NCBI GenBank assembly: GCA_963718615.1
Contig: OY970368.1
Span: 2,656,001 to 2,720,000 of the forward strand
Source of the DNA: an uncultured cyanobacterium
GTDB taxonomy: Bacteria > Cyanobacteriota > Cyanobacteriia > PCC-9006 > JAAUQQ01
Length of the DNA stretch: 64,000 bases
Direction of reading: 5' to 3'
Position 1 is the first letter of the stretch. Each line of letters begins with the position of its first letter. The position numbers were made by a program, and so were the translations under genes. The notes below the pieces were generated by a model. It was not told the origin of the DNA. It worked only from the letters and a program-made list of their open reading frames with translations, and did not search any database. This document shows, piece after piece, positions 18,698 through 28,949 of this stretch.

Positions 18698-21307
18698 ATG
18701 GTTATTTCCACCAGCTCTTTTCGTCTTGACTCGACTGAAACCAGACCAGGGGACTCGACGAACTCAGCGTCTGATCATTCTTCACTCCAGGGAGCCGATC
18801 CCCAAGAAGATTTGGAGCGGTCGGCCCAACCCATTGCGATCGCCCAAGGGGTTTACATCACGGTTCACGGCCATTTCTATCAGCCCCCTCGGGATAATCC
18901 CTATCTCGATGCCATTGAATGTCAGCCCAGTGCCGCTCCCTACCACGACTGGAATGAACGAATTTACTGGGAGTCCTATCGCCCCAATGCCTTTGCGCGA
19001 GTGCTGAATGACCGGGAAGAGGTGGTTGAAATTGTCAACAATTTCGAATATTTCAGTTTTAATATTGGCCCGACGCTGATGGGCTGGTTAGAGGAGCATG
19101 GGCAAGAAGTCTATGCACGGATTTTGGAGGCCGATCGCAAAAGTCTGGCGCGGTTAGGTCATGGCAATGCGATCGCCCAAGTCTACAACCACATCATCAT
19201 GCCCCTCGCCAACGAGCGGGATAAGCGCACCCAAATTCGCTGGGGCAAGGCCGATTTTCGCCGACATTTTGGCCGGGAGCCCGAGGGCATGTGGCTGGCG
19301 GAGACCGCTGTGGATCTGCCGACGGTCTCGGCGTTGATTGATGAGGGCATTCGCTACATTATCTTGGCCCCTTCCCAGGCGGAGCGCTGTCGACCCTTGC
19401 CCCGAGCCGATCATCCGGATCCCGAATGGCAAAAGGTCAGCTCTGGGGATATTGATCCCACCCGGCCCTACCGCTGCTGGGTGGGTCATCGCTTTTTGGA
19501 TATCTTTTTTTACGATGGTCCGATTTCAGCGGCCATCGGGTTTGAAGATTTACTCGCCAGTTCGTTTAATTTTGCGGAGCGGCTGGGTTCAGCGGTCAGA
19601 CATGACGGACGTCCAGCCCAGTTGATTTCGGTGGCGACCGATGGAGAAACCTTTGGTCACCACAAAATGGGAACAGAAAAATGTCTGGCCTATGCCTTTA
19701 CGCGGGAATTTCCCCAGCGTGGCTGGCAGGTGACCAACTATGGCGACTATTTGCACCGCTGTCCGCCCACCTGGGAAGTGGTGCTGAAACCTGTGACGGC
19801 TTGGAGCTGCTCCCATGGGGTTAATCGCTGGCAAGATGACTGCGGTTGTGCCCGCTCTGACCAGCATCACCAGAAATGGCGCAAACCCTTGCGTCAGGCA
19901 TTGGATTGGCTCCGGGATCAGCTCATCCCTGTCTATGAAGCTGAATTGGGCCAGATGCTGCATGCCCCTTGGCAAGCACGGGATGAATATATTGAAGTCG
20001 TGGCCAATCGAGATCCGGCAGCGGTGACGGCCTTTTTGAAACGGCACCAGCGTCATCCCCTGTTGCTACAAGAGCAGGTGCGATCGCTCCAACTCCTCGA
20101 AATGGCACGGCACACGCTGCTGATGTACACCAGTTGCGGTTGGTTCTTTGAGGAAATTTCACGACCTGAGGGGGTGCAGATTCTCCGCTATGCCAGTCGA
20201 GCTTTGGATTTGGCCGAGCGGGTAACCGGACTTGCCCTAGAAGCCAAATTTTTGGAACGGCTGGCCCAGGCACCCAGCAATGATTCCCAGTATCGTACCG
20301 GGGCCGAGGTCTATCAGCAGCTCATTCAACCCACGCAGTTTTCCCTGGGCCAAATCGCCATCCACTACATTTTCGAGACGCTGGTTCAGCCTCGGGCAGA
20401 AGTCCCTGTTCTATTTTTTGGGTATCGCATCCAGGTTCTCGATGAGCAGCGCTACAGTTTTGGGCCGCTAACGCTAACCATTGGCAAACTGCAACTCACC
20501 TCGGGCGCAAACTGGGACAGTGAACGGCTGGCTTTTGTTCTGTTCCATGGGGGGGGCTGGGAGTTCCATGGACGGCTGTTGTGGGGCAACCGCTGTGAAG
20601 CTCCCAAAGCCTATGAGGCGCTTAAACAAGGGTTGGGTCAAGCCCTGCTGGAAGGTGGGGTGGCCCATTTTGTCACGGCGCTGGATCACTATTGCGGCAC
20701 GGATGATGCCTTTGGATTGTCAGATTTGCGAGCGGAAGAACGCCATCTGCTGATGGCAAAGCTCACCGAGGGGACGCTGATCCAGCTCGACCAGCTCTAT
20801 GCCCAGGTTTACCGGGAAAACTATGGGATTCTGATGACCTTTCGCCAGGAAGGTTTAGCCTTGCCCCCAGCCCTACGGGTTGCGGCCCAGGTCACCCTCA
20901 ATCATCGCGCCCAGAGCATTGCCCAGCACCTGGAGACTTCGCTCCTGCGTGCGGAGGACAGTTGGCCTGCGGCGGGGATGAGTTTGCTGAAGAGCTTGGA
21001 GGCGATCGCCACCGAAGCCCAAGCCCTCGACTGCACCCTGATGCTAGAGGACGTGACCCAAACCCTAGAACACCTCATCGAAACCTTAATGGATCGGATT
21101 TTGGGATCTTTGACCCCCCAACAACGAACGCGGGAAATTCAGGTTTTGATTCGATTAGTCTTGGTGGGTTGTCGAACCCTGAATCTACCGATTTTCCTAG
21201 AGCGAGTCCAAGAACGCTTTTGGGTAGCCCAGCAGCAGCTCACCGCCACCCAAACGGCTGATGTGCGAGCGCTGGCACAGGTCTTGCAGATACATCTGGC
21301 CGACTAG
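18698..21307 (+). CDS. GH57 family glycoside hydrolase with DUF3536
   Basis: HGHFYQPPR, GMWLAETAV, ATDGETFGHH and MYTSCGWFF. Confidence 0.9.
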   Translation: MVISTSSFRLDSTETRPGDSTNSASDHSSLQGADPQEDLERSAQPIAIAQGVYITVHGHFYQPPRDNPYLDAIECQPSAAPYHDWNERIYWESYRPNAFARVLNDREEVVEIVNNFEYFSFNIGPTLMGWLEEHGQEVYARILEADRKSLARLGHGNAIAQVYNHIIMPLANERDKRTQIRWGKADFRRHFGREPEGMWLAETAVDLPTVSALIDEGIRYIILAPSQAERCRPLPRADHPDPEWQKVSSGDIDPTRPYRCWVGHRFLDIFFYDGPISAAIGFEDLLASSFNFAERLGSAVRHDGRPAQLISVATDGETFGHHKMGTEKCLAYAFTREFPQRGWQVTNYGDYLHRCPPTWEVVLKPVTAWSCSHGVNRWQDDCGCARSDQHHQKWRKPLRQALDWLRDQLIPVYEAELGQMLHAPWQARDEYIEVVANRDPAAVTAFLKRHQRHPLLLQEQVRSLQLLEMARHTLLMYTSCGWFFEEISRPEGVQILRYASRALDLAERVTGLALEAKFLERLAQAPSNDSQYRTGAEVYQQLIQPTQFSLGQIAIHYIFETLVQPRAEVPVLFFGYRIQVLDEQRYSFGPLTLTIGKLQLTSGANWDSERLAFVLFHGGGWEFHGRLLWGNRCEAPKAYEALKQGLGQALLEGGVAHFVTALDHYCGTDDAFGLSDLRAEERHLLMAKLTEGTLIQLDQLYAQVYRENYGILMTFRQEGLALPPALRVAAQVTLNHRAQSIAQHLETSLLRAEDSWPAAGMSLLKSLEAIATEAQALDCTLMLEDVTQTLEHLIETLMDRILGSLTPQQRTREIQVLIRLVLVGCRTLNLPIFLERVQERFWVAQQQLTATQTADVRALAQVLQIHLAD

Positions 21308-21340
21308 CCTTGAGCCACCGGATGGTGAGCCGACTGACCG

Positions 21341-22432
21341 TTAGAAACCGTGGCGCATTTGCGTCACCGGGCTGACGTGGCCTTCGAGAGCCTGCTCCCA
21401 CCCCAGAAGCACCGTTGAATCCGTTGAATCCGTTGAATGATCAGTCTGGGTTATTCGTCCACATTCGGGACCCAGTTTAATCAAATCCTCTAGATTCTGA
21501 CGAATTGCGGTGCAGATGGCATTCAGGGGCAAGTCGTTGGGGTCATGGCCAAAGGGGTTTTCAATTTCAATCCCGATGGCCTCAATGCCTAGCAACGTGA
21601 AGCTCACCAACGCCACCGTGGGGCCAGTTAGCCAGCCCAATCCTTCTAGGAGCGTTAGCGGTAGCGTCAAACAATAAATCACTAGCAGTTGCCGCAAATG
21701 TACTGAATAGGCCAAGGGCATCGGTGTTTTCAAAATTCGTTCGCAGGCTCCTAAAGCATCGACCAGTTGGCCGAGTAACTGCATCATGCCCGTGAGCTGA
21801 TAGGAATCAAGCCGTCCCTGATGACGTTGCCGTTGCAGATAGTCGTCAATCCAGACCGCAATTTCTAAGCTGGGGTGGTTCACGGCTTGCAGCAGCTCAT
21901 ACTGATGCGGCGTCAGGAGTCCCTCCATTTCGACCCAATTTAGGGGTTCCTGGCGGAGATGCTGCTTCATGGCGATCGCAAAGGCCGGGATCAACCGCAA
22001 TGCCGCTCGTTTTTGCGTCAAGTCAACTTCAGTCTCGACCTGAACCGCCACCAAAATTTGCCGAATTAGATTGCGGCTGTGGTTCACCGTTGCCCCCCAA
22101 CTCTTACGGCCTTCCCAAAAACGCTCGTAGGCAGTATTCGTCCGAAAAACCAAGAGCAATCCCAACACCACACTGGGCACAATGCTGCCAAACAGCGGCT
22201 GGGCTAGGCCACGCCAGCCCTGCTCGTAAAACCACGACAGCACCGTCGCAAACAGCCCACAAAAAACAATTCGGCCCCAAATATCGGGCAGAACTGATCC
22301 CCGTAGGGTTAGCAATGTCCTGGTCCAGACGAATCCACTGCCAGGAGATGAGCGGGAAGAAGAGCGCGATCGCCCAAGCTTCAGCCGCGATCGATAACGG
22401 GCCCAAAACGTTCTAGCGAAGGTCATAACCAA
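21341..22432 (-). CDS. bestrophin-family anion channel
   Basis: LLLVFRTNTAYERFWEGRK, CERILKTPMP.AY and EIENPFG.DPNDLPL. Confidence 0.92.
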   Translation of the reverse strand: MVMTFARTFWARYRSRLKLGRSRSSSRSSPGSGFVWTRTLLTLRGSVLPDIWGRIVFCGLFATVLSWFYEQGWRGLAQPLFGSIVPSVVLGLLLVFRTNTAYERFWEGRKSWGATVNHSRNLIRQILVAVQVETEVDLTQKRAALRLIPAFAIAMKQHLRQEPLNWVEMEGLLTPHQYELLQAVNHPSLEIAVWIDDYLQRQRHQGRLDSYQLTGMMQLLGQLVDALGACERILKTPMPLAYSVHLRQLLVIYCLTLPLTLLEGLGWLTGPTVALVSFTLLGIEAIGIEIENPFGHDPNDLPLNAICTAIRQNLEDLIKLGPECGRITQTDHSTDSTDSTVLLGWEQALEGHVSPVTQMRHGF

Positions 22433-23927
22433 ATAAGTTCGGATCTACAGCACGGTTTAAATCGATGTCCCCGAGTCCGTACTCTGCCCAGCGGCGATCC
22501 ACCTGGGCGGCGATCCCTGGGTCTGAAACCAAGGGTTCTCCCCAATCGCGATCGCGTTCCGGCGGAATCTTGGTTGTGGCGTCGATGCCCATACGGCTGC
22601 CCAACCCCTCCTTCTCCGTCGCAAAATCCAACGTATCGAAGGGGGTATCCGGCAAAATAAACACATCCCGCGCCGGATCCACCTTGGACGACAAGGCCCA
22701 AACGACCTGGCGAGGATCCCGAATATTCACCGATTGGTCCACCACAATCACAAATTTCGTGTAGGTAAACTGCGGCAGCGCGCTCCAAAAGGCCAACGCT
22801 GCCCGCCGCGCTTGACCCGGATAAGCCTTGTCAATGGAAATAATCGCAGCCTTGTAGCTTAGCGCCTCCATCGGCAGAAAGAAATCAACGATTTCCGGCA
22901 CCTGCTGCCGCAGGATGGGGGTGTAGATGCGGTTGAGGGCAATGGCAATCATCGCCTCTTCCTTGGGGGGCCGTCCACTAAACGTCGTCAGATAAATCGG
23001 ATCCTTGCGATGGGTGACGCAGTGAAACCGCACCAGCGGAGCCTCCGGATTCTCCGGTCCGTAATACCCCATATGGTCGCCAAAGGGTCCATCGGTCGCG
23101 GTTTCGCCAGAAGTAATCGTCCCCTCTAGAATCATTTCTGCATCGGCAGGCACTTCCAGGTCTAGGGTTTTGCACTTGGCCAGTCGAACACCCGAACCGC
23201 CGTAAAGCCCTGCAAATAGCCATTCAGATAAATCAACCGGGATGGGGGTGGCAGCGGCCATGATTAGGAGCGGATCGATGCCGAGGGCGATCGCAATCTC
23301 CAGTTTTTTCCCCTGAGCCGCCGCTTTACGCAAATGTCGTGCACCGCCCCGCACCGAAAGCCACTGCACCGTCATTGTATTTTTCGACTGTAGCTGCAGC
23401 CGATAGACCCCCACATTGGGAATCCCTGTCTCGCAATCCTTGGTAATCACCAAACCCAGGGTCACAATTCTGCCGCCATCACCGGGATAGGGCCGAATCA
23501 TCGGAATCTGGTCGAGATCAACCGCTGCGTCCTTCAGCACCACCTGATGACAGGGCGGCAAAAAATCCCGCATGGGCTTGGCCTTAACCACATCAAACAG
23601 AACCTTGCCAAAATCCACGGCCTGGGAAAGCTTCTTCGGTGGCTTGGGCTGCTGCAACATCCCCAGCTTTTGACCCAAGGTTTCTAACTCTTCAGGTCGT
23701 TCCATCTTCATCGCCCAGCAGACCCGCTCCACCGTCCCCAGCAGATTGACCGCCACCGGACTCGACGACCCCTTCACCCGTTCAAACAGCAGCGCCGGTC
23801 CCCCGGCTTGAAGCATCCGGTTGGAGATTTCTGCAATTTCGAGCTCTGGATCGACTTCCACAAAGATCCGTCGGAGCTGCCCCCGCTCTTCCAGTTGCTT
23901 GAGAAATCCCCGCAGGTCCCTGGCCAT
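22413..23927 (-). CDS. ubiD: UbiD family decarboxylase (plastoquinone pathway)
   Basis: NVGVYRLQ, DGPFGDHMGYY, GRPPKEE and MGIDATTK. Confidence 0.93.
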   Translation of the reverse strand: MARDLRGFLKQLEERGQLRRIFVEVDPELEIAEISNRMLQAGGPALLFERVKGSSSPVAVNLLGTVERVCWAMKMERPEELETLGQKLGMLQQPKPPKKLSQAVDFGKVLFDVVKAKPMRDFLPPCHQVVLKDAAVDLDQIPMIRPYPGDGGRIVTLGLVITKDCETGIPNVGVYRLQLQSKNTMTVQWLSVRGGARHLRKAAAQGKKLEIAIALGIDPLLIMAAATPIPVDLSEWLFAGLYGGSGVRLAKCKTLDLEVPADAEMILEGTITSGETATDGPFGDHMGYYGPENPEAPLVRFHCVTHRKDPIYLTTFSGRPPKEEAMIAIALNRIYTPILRQQVPEIVDFFLPMEALSYKAAIISIDKAYPGQARRAALAFWSALPQFTYTKFVIVVDQSVNIRDPRQVVWALSSKVDPARDVFILPDTPFDTLDFATEKEGLGSRMGIDATTKIPPERDRDWGEPLVSDPGIAAQVDRRWAEYGLGDIDLNRAVDPNLFGYDLR

Positions 23928-24500
23928 AAATCAAAATGTTGCGTTCTGTAACGTTGATTAGATTCATTATGCGTTGCCTAGGGAAAAGCGACAATTCCTG
24001 AAGGAACTTTATTTGCTTTTGAAAAAGTGAACGAAGATTTTTTAATCCTAATCTTATTGACTTTCAAAAATCAAAATTTTCTTGAAAAGAACCTCCTCAA
24101 AAATATCAGAGCGGAAGACTTAAAAAATCATCCCCTAAACGAAATTACTCTTTGGAGTCACAAAATTTTGCCGTAAAAATTTTGTCATCAAAAAAGCAGG
24201 AAACCTATGCAATTTCAGGGACATAAATGGCAATTTCACTGAATCAGCATTTCAGGACAACGGCTTTTACACTGATGTTACTCTCCTCAAGAAGTCTAAA
24301 ATAACAAACAATGAAGTTCCCATCAACCCATTCAAAAAGCAATTCAAACGCTGTAAATCAACCCTAAGATTTGGGATTAATGGATTAGGTCTTCTCCAAG
24401 ACTGACAATCCTTTCAATAATCATCCAAGGCAATCAATTTGTGTCGAATTGACTTGGGTGCCGATCCCTTTGGTTCCCCACTCGTTGACAGCCACAATCC

Positions 24501-25640
24501 ATGACTGCATTTGCAATCGATTACCCTGAAACCACCGCAACCGGCTCCCCACCGCAACTTTCTCCTACGATAGGGTATTACGTACGTAAGCTCTTGCGCC
24601 AGCGTGGGGTGGCTGCCCCGATTGACCCAACGGCGGATTTGGGGATCGTTCTTCGGCAGCAATATCCTGAGGTGGAGGACTGTAAAGGGGCGATCGCCAC
24701 CCTCGAACGGCTTGTTAGGTATCACCAAGCTCTTGCTTCACAGGGCAGCCAACATCACCAAGAGCTGGCAAAAACCGAAAGTGATATTTTTAAGCTCCTA
24801 GAAGGTCCAGGGGTAGAAGGTCCAGGGGCAGCTACAGCAGCGTCGAGCCTGCCCAGTATCCAGCAGGGACTCATCCTACGCATTGATGAGCGAGGAGAAG
24901 ATTCCGACCCCCTGAGCAGCTTGCTCCGACAGCGGGGTTATCACCTCCACCTCTTGCCCAATCAACTGACGAGCGTCATGGAAGCTCGACGGCTCTTGCC
25001 GGATGTAATCGTCATCGAAATCAAAATGCTAGAAGGAGGGCTAGAACTTTGTCGCCAGCTCCGCACGGCCCTTGAACTCAAGCAGGTGCCGATTTTGATG
25101 GTCAGCACCCTCCACAGCGTTTCCGATCGCCTCAAGGCCCTACGGCTGGGGGTAACGGACTATCTCCCACAACCGGTACAGCCCGATGAGCTCTTGGCCC
25201 GGATCGAAAATCATTGGAAATTTCAGCAATATCGCAAGCAGCTCGAAGCCACCAATCAACAGCTCCAGGCCCAGCTCGAAGCCCAATCCGGGCATCGCAT
25301 TGAGCCTTTGCTGCTCGCTCAAGCCGTACTCAACCAAAACAGCGACTACATGCTCTTTGTGGACGCTCAAAATCAGATCGTGCATGTCAACCAAGCCGCC
25401 TGTGAACGGCTGGAGTACAACCAAGGCGAGCTTTTGGCTATGAGCCTCGACACCCTTGATGTGCGCCTTGCTCCCCAAGACTGGCAAACCATTTGGCAAC
25501 ATTTGCGCGCCCATGCCACGATGAACCTCAAATCGGTCCACGTCACCAAATCAGGTACGCCCCTGGATGTACAGCTAGATTTTCAATACCTACGGCTAGA
25601 AGATTCAGAATATAGCTACATTGCGGCCAAACAAGACTGA
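24501..25640 (+). CDS. atypical receiver + coiled coil + PAS protein
   Basis: REC-like PDVIVIEIKM...GLELCRQLR...VPILMVS...GVTDYLPQP; PAS IVHVNQAACERLEY...ELL.M. Confidence 0.8.
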   Translation: MTAFAIDYPETTATGSPPQLSPTIGYYVRKLLRQRGVAAPIDPTADLGIVLRQQYPEVEDCKGAIATLERLVRYHQALASQGSQHHQELAKTESDIFKLLEGPGVEGPGAATAASSLPSIQQGLILRIDERGEDSDPLSSLLRQRGYHLHLLPNQLTSVMEARRLLPDVIVIEIKMLEGGLELCRQLRTALELKQVPILMVSTLHSVSDRLKALRLGVTDYLPQPVQPDELLARIENHWKFQQYRKQLEATNQQLQAQLEAQSGHRIEPLLLAQAVLNQNSDYMLFVDAQNQIVHVNQAACERLEYNQGELLAMSLDTLDVRLAPQDWQTIWQHLRAHATMNLKSVHVTKSGTPLDVQLDFQYLRLEDSEYSYIAAKQD

Positions 25641-25723
25641 CAGAAATCCGTTTTTGGTCTAGCGTTATCAGGGTTCGCCAATTTCTGCTGGCCGTTTAGC
25701 ACGAACCTTTGTACTAGCTTGTT

Positions 25724-26005
25724 TTGCCAACTGTGCCAAAATCTCGATATCCCCACCTCCTGGGCTCCAAATGGACAGCCCAACAGCCCACATTGGGATG
25801 GCGACATTTTCAGGTGGTGAATCGAAAAAATGAAGGCAGTTGGATTTTCGCCGAACTCGTGGCATCCTGCGATGAATCCGCTCGGCTTTGGGTCAATGCA
25901 AAGCTACTCAAGGACCGAGACCTCTGGTTACCAGGCTGGCGTTCCTTAGAAGAAATAAGAGCAGTTCATCTCCAGGGTATGTCTGCTTCCATCGAAGAAA
26001 ATTAG
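25724..26005 (+). CDS. TIGR02450-family Trp-rich protein
   Basis: LLGSKWTA....GWRHFQVVNR...W.PGW. Confidence 0.85.
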   Translation: MPTVPKSRYPHLLGSKWTAQQPTLGWRHFQVVNRKNEGSWIFAELVASCDESARLWVNAKLLKDRDLWLPGWRSLEEIRAVHLQGMSASIEEN

Positions 26006-26283
26006 TCATATCAGCTTGCAAAAGCAAACCTATCTAAATCGACAGTTTTCGTCATCTTTTGTAATAGGCGCAGCAAGACTTACCTCGGCATTGCTCTGGA
26101 TCGCAAGACTCCTTTCTGTAGGGGCTTCTAGCGTTTGCGACCGCGCTTGAGCCGATCTTTTTTAGGACTCAAGATCCTACAAAACCTATTTTTTTTGCCT
26201 TTCCATCGCTATAGTTCGTCAAGGCTCGATTTCTGCTGGTAGCCTAGATCTCATACGACTTGCGCATCTTGTAGGACGAGCCC

Positions 26284-27057
26284 ATGGAAGTTATCCCTGC
26301 CATCGATCTGCTCAATGGACAATGCGTCCGACTTTATCAGGGTGATTATGAGCAGGCACAGGTTTTTGGCGAAGACCCCCTCGCCATGGCTCAGCATTGG
26401 GTCAAACAAGGTGCAACCCGTCTACATTTGGTGGACTTGGATGGGGCGAAGGATGGGCATCCCGTCAATCATGCTGTGATTGAAGCGATCGCCCGTAAAT
26501 TACCGATTCCGGTTCAAGTCGGTGGTGGACTGCGCGATCGCGCAGGGGTCGCTAAACTCCTGGCTTGCGGCGTTGAACGCGCCATTCTCGGCACCGTAGC
26601 TGTTGAGCAGCCCGAGCTGGTCCGACAGCTCTGCCAAGAATTCCCCCAGCAAATCGTTGTCGGAATTGATGCTAGAAATGGGCGAGTTGCCACCCGTGGC
26701 TGGCTCGAAACCTCCGAGGTGTCCGCCATCGACCTCGCTCAAACGATGGCCGCCAGTGGGGCTGCTGCCATTATCTATACCGACATCCAAAGGGACGGAA
26801 CGCTGCAAGGTCCTAACTTACCAGCCCTACGGGATATGGCTGAAGCCCTCTCCATTCCCGTCATTGCGTCCGGTGGCGTCAGTTCGCTAACGGATTTACT
26901 CAGTCTGTTGGCTCTGGAATCCGTTGGCATTCAGGGTGTCATCGTCGGACGTGCCCTCTATGACGGAGAGGTTCAACTGAAAGAAGCGATCGCTGCCGTG
27001 GGCAATGGTCGTCTCCAGGATGTTCCCTCCGAAATTAGCTCTTCTCAATTTGCCTAG
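26284..27057 (+). CDS. hisA: ProFAR isomerase
   Basis: [25 protein letters not shown] and [13 protein letters not shown]. Confidence 0.96.
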   Translation: MEVIPAIDLLNGQCVRLYQGDYEQAQVFGEDPLAMAQHWVKQGATRLHLVDLDGAKDGHPVNHAVIEAIARKLPIPVQVGGGLRDRAGVAKLLACGVERAILGTVAVEQPELVRQLCQEFPQQIVVGIDARNGRVATRGWLETSEVSAIDLAQTMAASGAAAIIYTDIQRDGTLQGPNLPALRDMAEALSIPVIASGGVSSLTDLLSLLALESVGIQGVIVGRALYDGEVQLKEAIAAVGNGRLQDVPSEISSSQFA

Positions 27058-27076
27058 GAGACATTAAAGATAATCC

Positions 27077-27424
27077 ATGGACAGTCAGTCAAAAGTTGAC
27101 AAAAGCGAATTACTAGACCTCGAAGCCGTTCAGCGGGCGCTTAACCGCTCTCGGGCCTCGATTTATCGCTACGCTAACACCGACCCGAAGGAACTCAACA
27201 AAGCGTTTGACCCCCAGCGCCTCAATCCAGAATATCGTTCAGACCCCCGTGAACCGCTGCTGTTCCATCCCAATGAAGTCGCTCGGTTTGCCCGCGATAT
27301 TCTCAAAATCAAGGATGTCACTGTCGAAGTGCTGTCTTCTCCCCACACGGTGACCCAAGAATTGCTGGAATCCATCCTGGAGGAAATCAAAGCCATTCGA
27401 CTGGTCATCGAGGAACGCGGCTAA
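27077..27424 (+). CDS. cyanobacterial HTH DNA-binding protein
   Basis: VQRALNRSRASIYRYANTD HTH-like segment. Confidence 0.7.
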   Translation: MDSQSKVDKSELLDLEAVQRALNRSRASIYRYANTDPKELNKAFDPQRLNPEYRSDPREPLLFHPNEVARFARDILKIKDVTVEVLSSPHTVTQELLESILEEIKAIRLVIEERG

Positions 27425-27463
27425 AAACACAGCCAAAAACACGGCTAAAAACACAGCTAAAAA
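27420..27463 (+). repeat. 12-bp tandem repeat GC(T/C)AAAAACAC(A/G), about 3.5 copies
   Basis: seen directly at the stop codon. Confidence 0.85.
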
Positions 27464-27476
27464 GGCGAAACGCCCA

Positions 27477-27520
27477 CGAAGAGACGGCGAAGCTCGGTTA
27501 TGGCCGTAGTCGTCTCTTCG
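27477..27520. terminator. hairpin
   Basis: CGAAGAGACG...CGTCTCTTCG. Confidence 0.5.
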
Positions 27521-27538
27521 GGGCTCCCAGAAAAGATT

Positions 27539-27596
27539 AATCCGGCAAATTCAATCCGGCAAATTCAATCCGGCAAATTCAATCCGGCAAACTCAA
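27539..27596 (+). repeat. 14-bp tandem repeat AATCCGGCAAATTC x4
   Basis: three exact copies and one with a single mismatch; no spacers. Confidence 0.92.
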
Positions 27597-27929
27597 CTTC
27601 AGGTCAGCCCAGTTCTAGCCATCTCTCAAGCTCTCCATCAGCCGATCGGAATAATTGGTAATCCCCCCCTCCTCGCTCCCAGGGAAATCCTGCTACGATA
27701 GGGGCATAAGGCTCTGATGGTACCAAAAGCACCTGAGGCAAGGCTTTTTCGCCCTGCGGATTTCTGCGGAGGAAAAGATTCTTCGTTTCGGTGGGTTTTG
27801 GGACTTAGGGTACGCTTTGTTTCCCTGGCGGCCTTGAATCTGGCCTCTCGGTTAAAGCTTGTTGAAAGTTGCGTCAGCGACTGAACAAGCGTTGGGCTTG
27901 ATTCACTTATTGAGTTTGCTAACTAACGT

Positions 27930-28127
27930 ATGGATTCCAGTGGCCATCCGGCTGAACAAGAAGGTAACCCACACTCTAGAATTGTTGATTTTCTAGGGGT
28001 TACGATTGCAATTTTGACTTTGACCTTGCCACTTGGCGTTGTCTTTGTCTACTCCTCCGATAGCACTCCGTCTCTTCCAACCATGCTTTCTCGGAGGCCA
28101 GACACGGCGAAAAGCGTTCGTCCCTAG
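27930..28127 (+). CDS. small single-TM hypothetical protein
   Basis: GVTIAILTLTLPLGVVFVYS TM segment. Confidence 0.6.
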   Translation: MDSSGHPAEQEGNPHSRIVDFLGVTIAILTLTLPLGVVFVYSSDSTPSLPTMLSRRPDTAKSVRP

Positions 28128-28322
28128 CGGCCTGTCAGATTTCTCCCTAGGATTCAGCCTAACCGCTGTAAAATGCTTACTCGGAACTGATTAATCACCA
28201 CGCTCTTGGCGTCGTCGTGCCGCGAATTGGGTTTGAACTTGTGTTTGAACTTGGTCTTTTGGGCGTTGATGCTTTGGGTAGGGTTCCGCAATAAAAATTT
28301 GTAAGCTGTTTGGAGAATCTTA

Positions 28323-28832
28323 GTGGATCTTTCTCGTATTCCTGCCCAGCCAAAGCCGGGTATCGTCAACGTGCTGGTCGAAATTCCTGCGGGCAGCAAG
28401 AATAAGTATGAATTTGACAAAGATCTGAATGCCCTCGCACTCGATCGCGTGCTTTCGGCCTCAGTGGCTTATCCCTTCGACTATGGGTTTATTCCCAATA
28501 CCCTGGCAGATGATGGCGATCCCCTCGATGGCATGGTGATTATGGACCAACCCACCTTTCCGGGTTGTGTGATTGCGGCTCGGCCCATCGGCATGCTGGA
28601 GATGATTGATGGGGGCGATCGCGACGAGAAACTCCTCTGTGTACCCGTCAAAGATCCCCGCTATGCAGAAGTTCACACCCTCAAGGACATTGCGCCCCAC
28701 CGCCTGGAAGAAATCGCTGAGTTTTTCCGGACCTATAAGAACTTAGAAAAGAAAGTGACTGAAATTCTAGGTTGGAAAGATGCGGACCAAGTAGCGGCCC
28801 TGGTCGACACTTGCATTAAAGCGCACCAGTAA
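28323..28832 (+). CDS. ppa: inorganic pyrophosphatase
   Basis: [27 protein letters not shown] and FFRTYKNLE. Confidence 0.97.
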   Translation: MDLSRIPAQPKPGIVNVLVEIPAGSKNKYEFDKDLNALALDRVLSASVAYPFDYGFIPNTLADDGDPLDGMVIMDQPTFPGCVIAARPIGMLEMIDGGDRDEKLLCVPVKDPRYAEVHTLKDIAPHRLEEIAEFFRTYKNLEKKVTEILGWKDADQVAALVDTCIKAHQ

Positions 28833-28949
28833 ACGCATAAGTTAGGCGCACAAGTCAGTGCACAAGTCAGCGGTTCAGCCCTCTAGACTCAACTGACCGC
28901 ATCGGGTTAGTTCTGGGGAAATGCGGGGTATCGAAGGAATCTCAAGCAC

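Noticed and set aside
27077-27424. mobile-element resolvase
   Set aside because: no serine or tyrosine recombinase catalytic motifs; only an HTH-like segment
27539-27596. possible CRISPR array
   Set aside because: 14-bp head-to-tail units with no spacers, and no cas genes in the window
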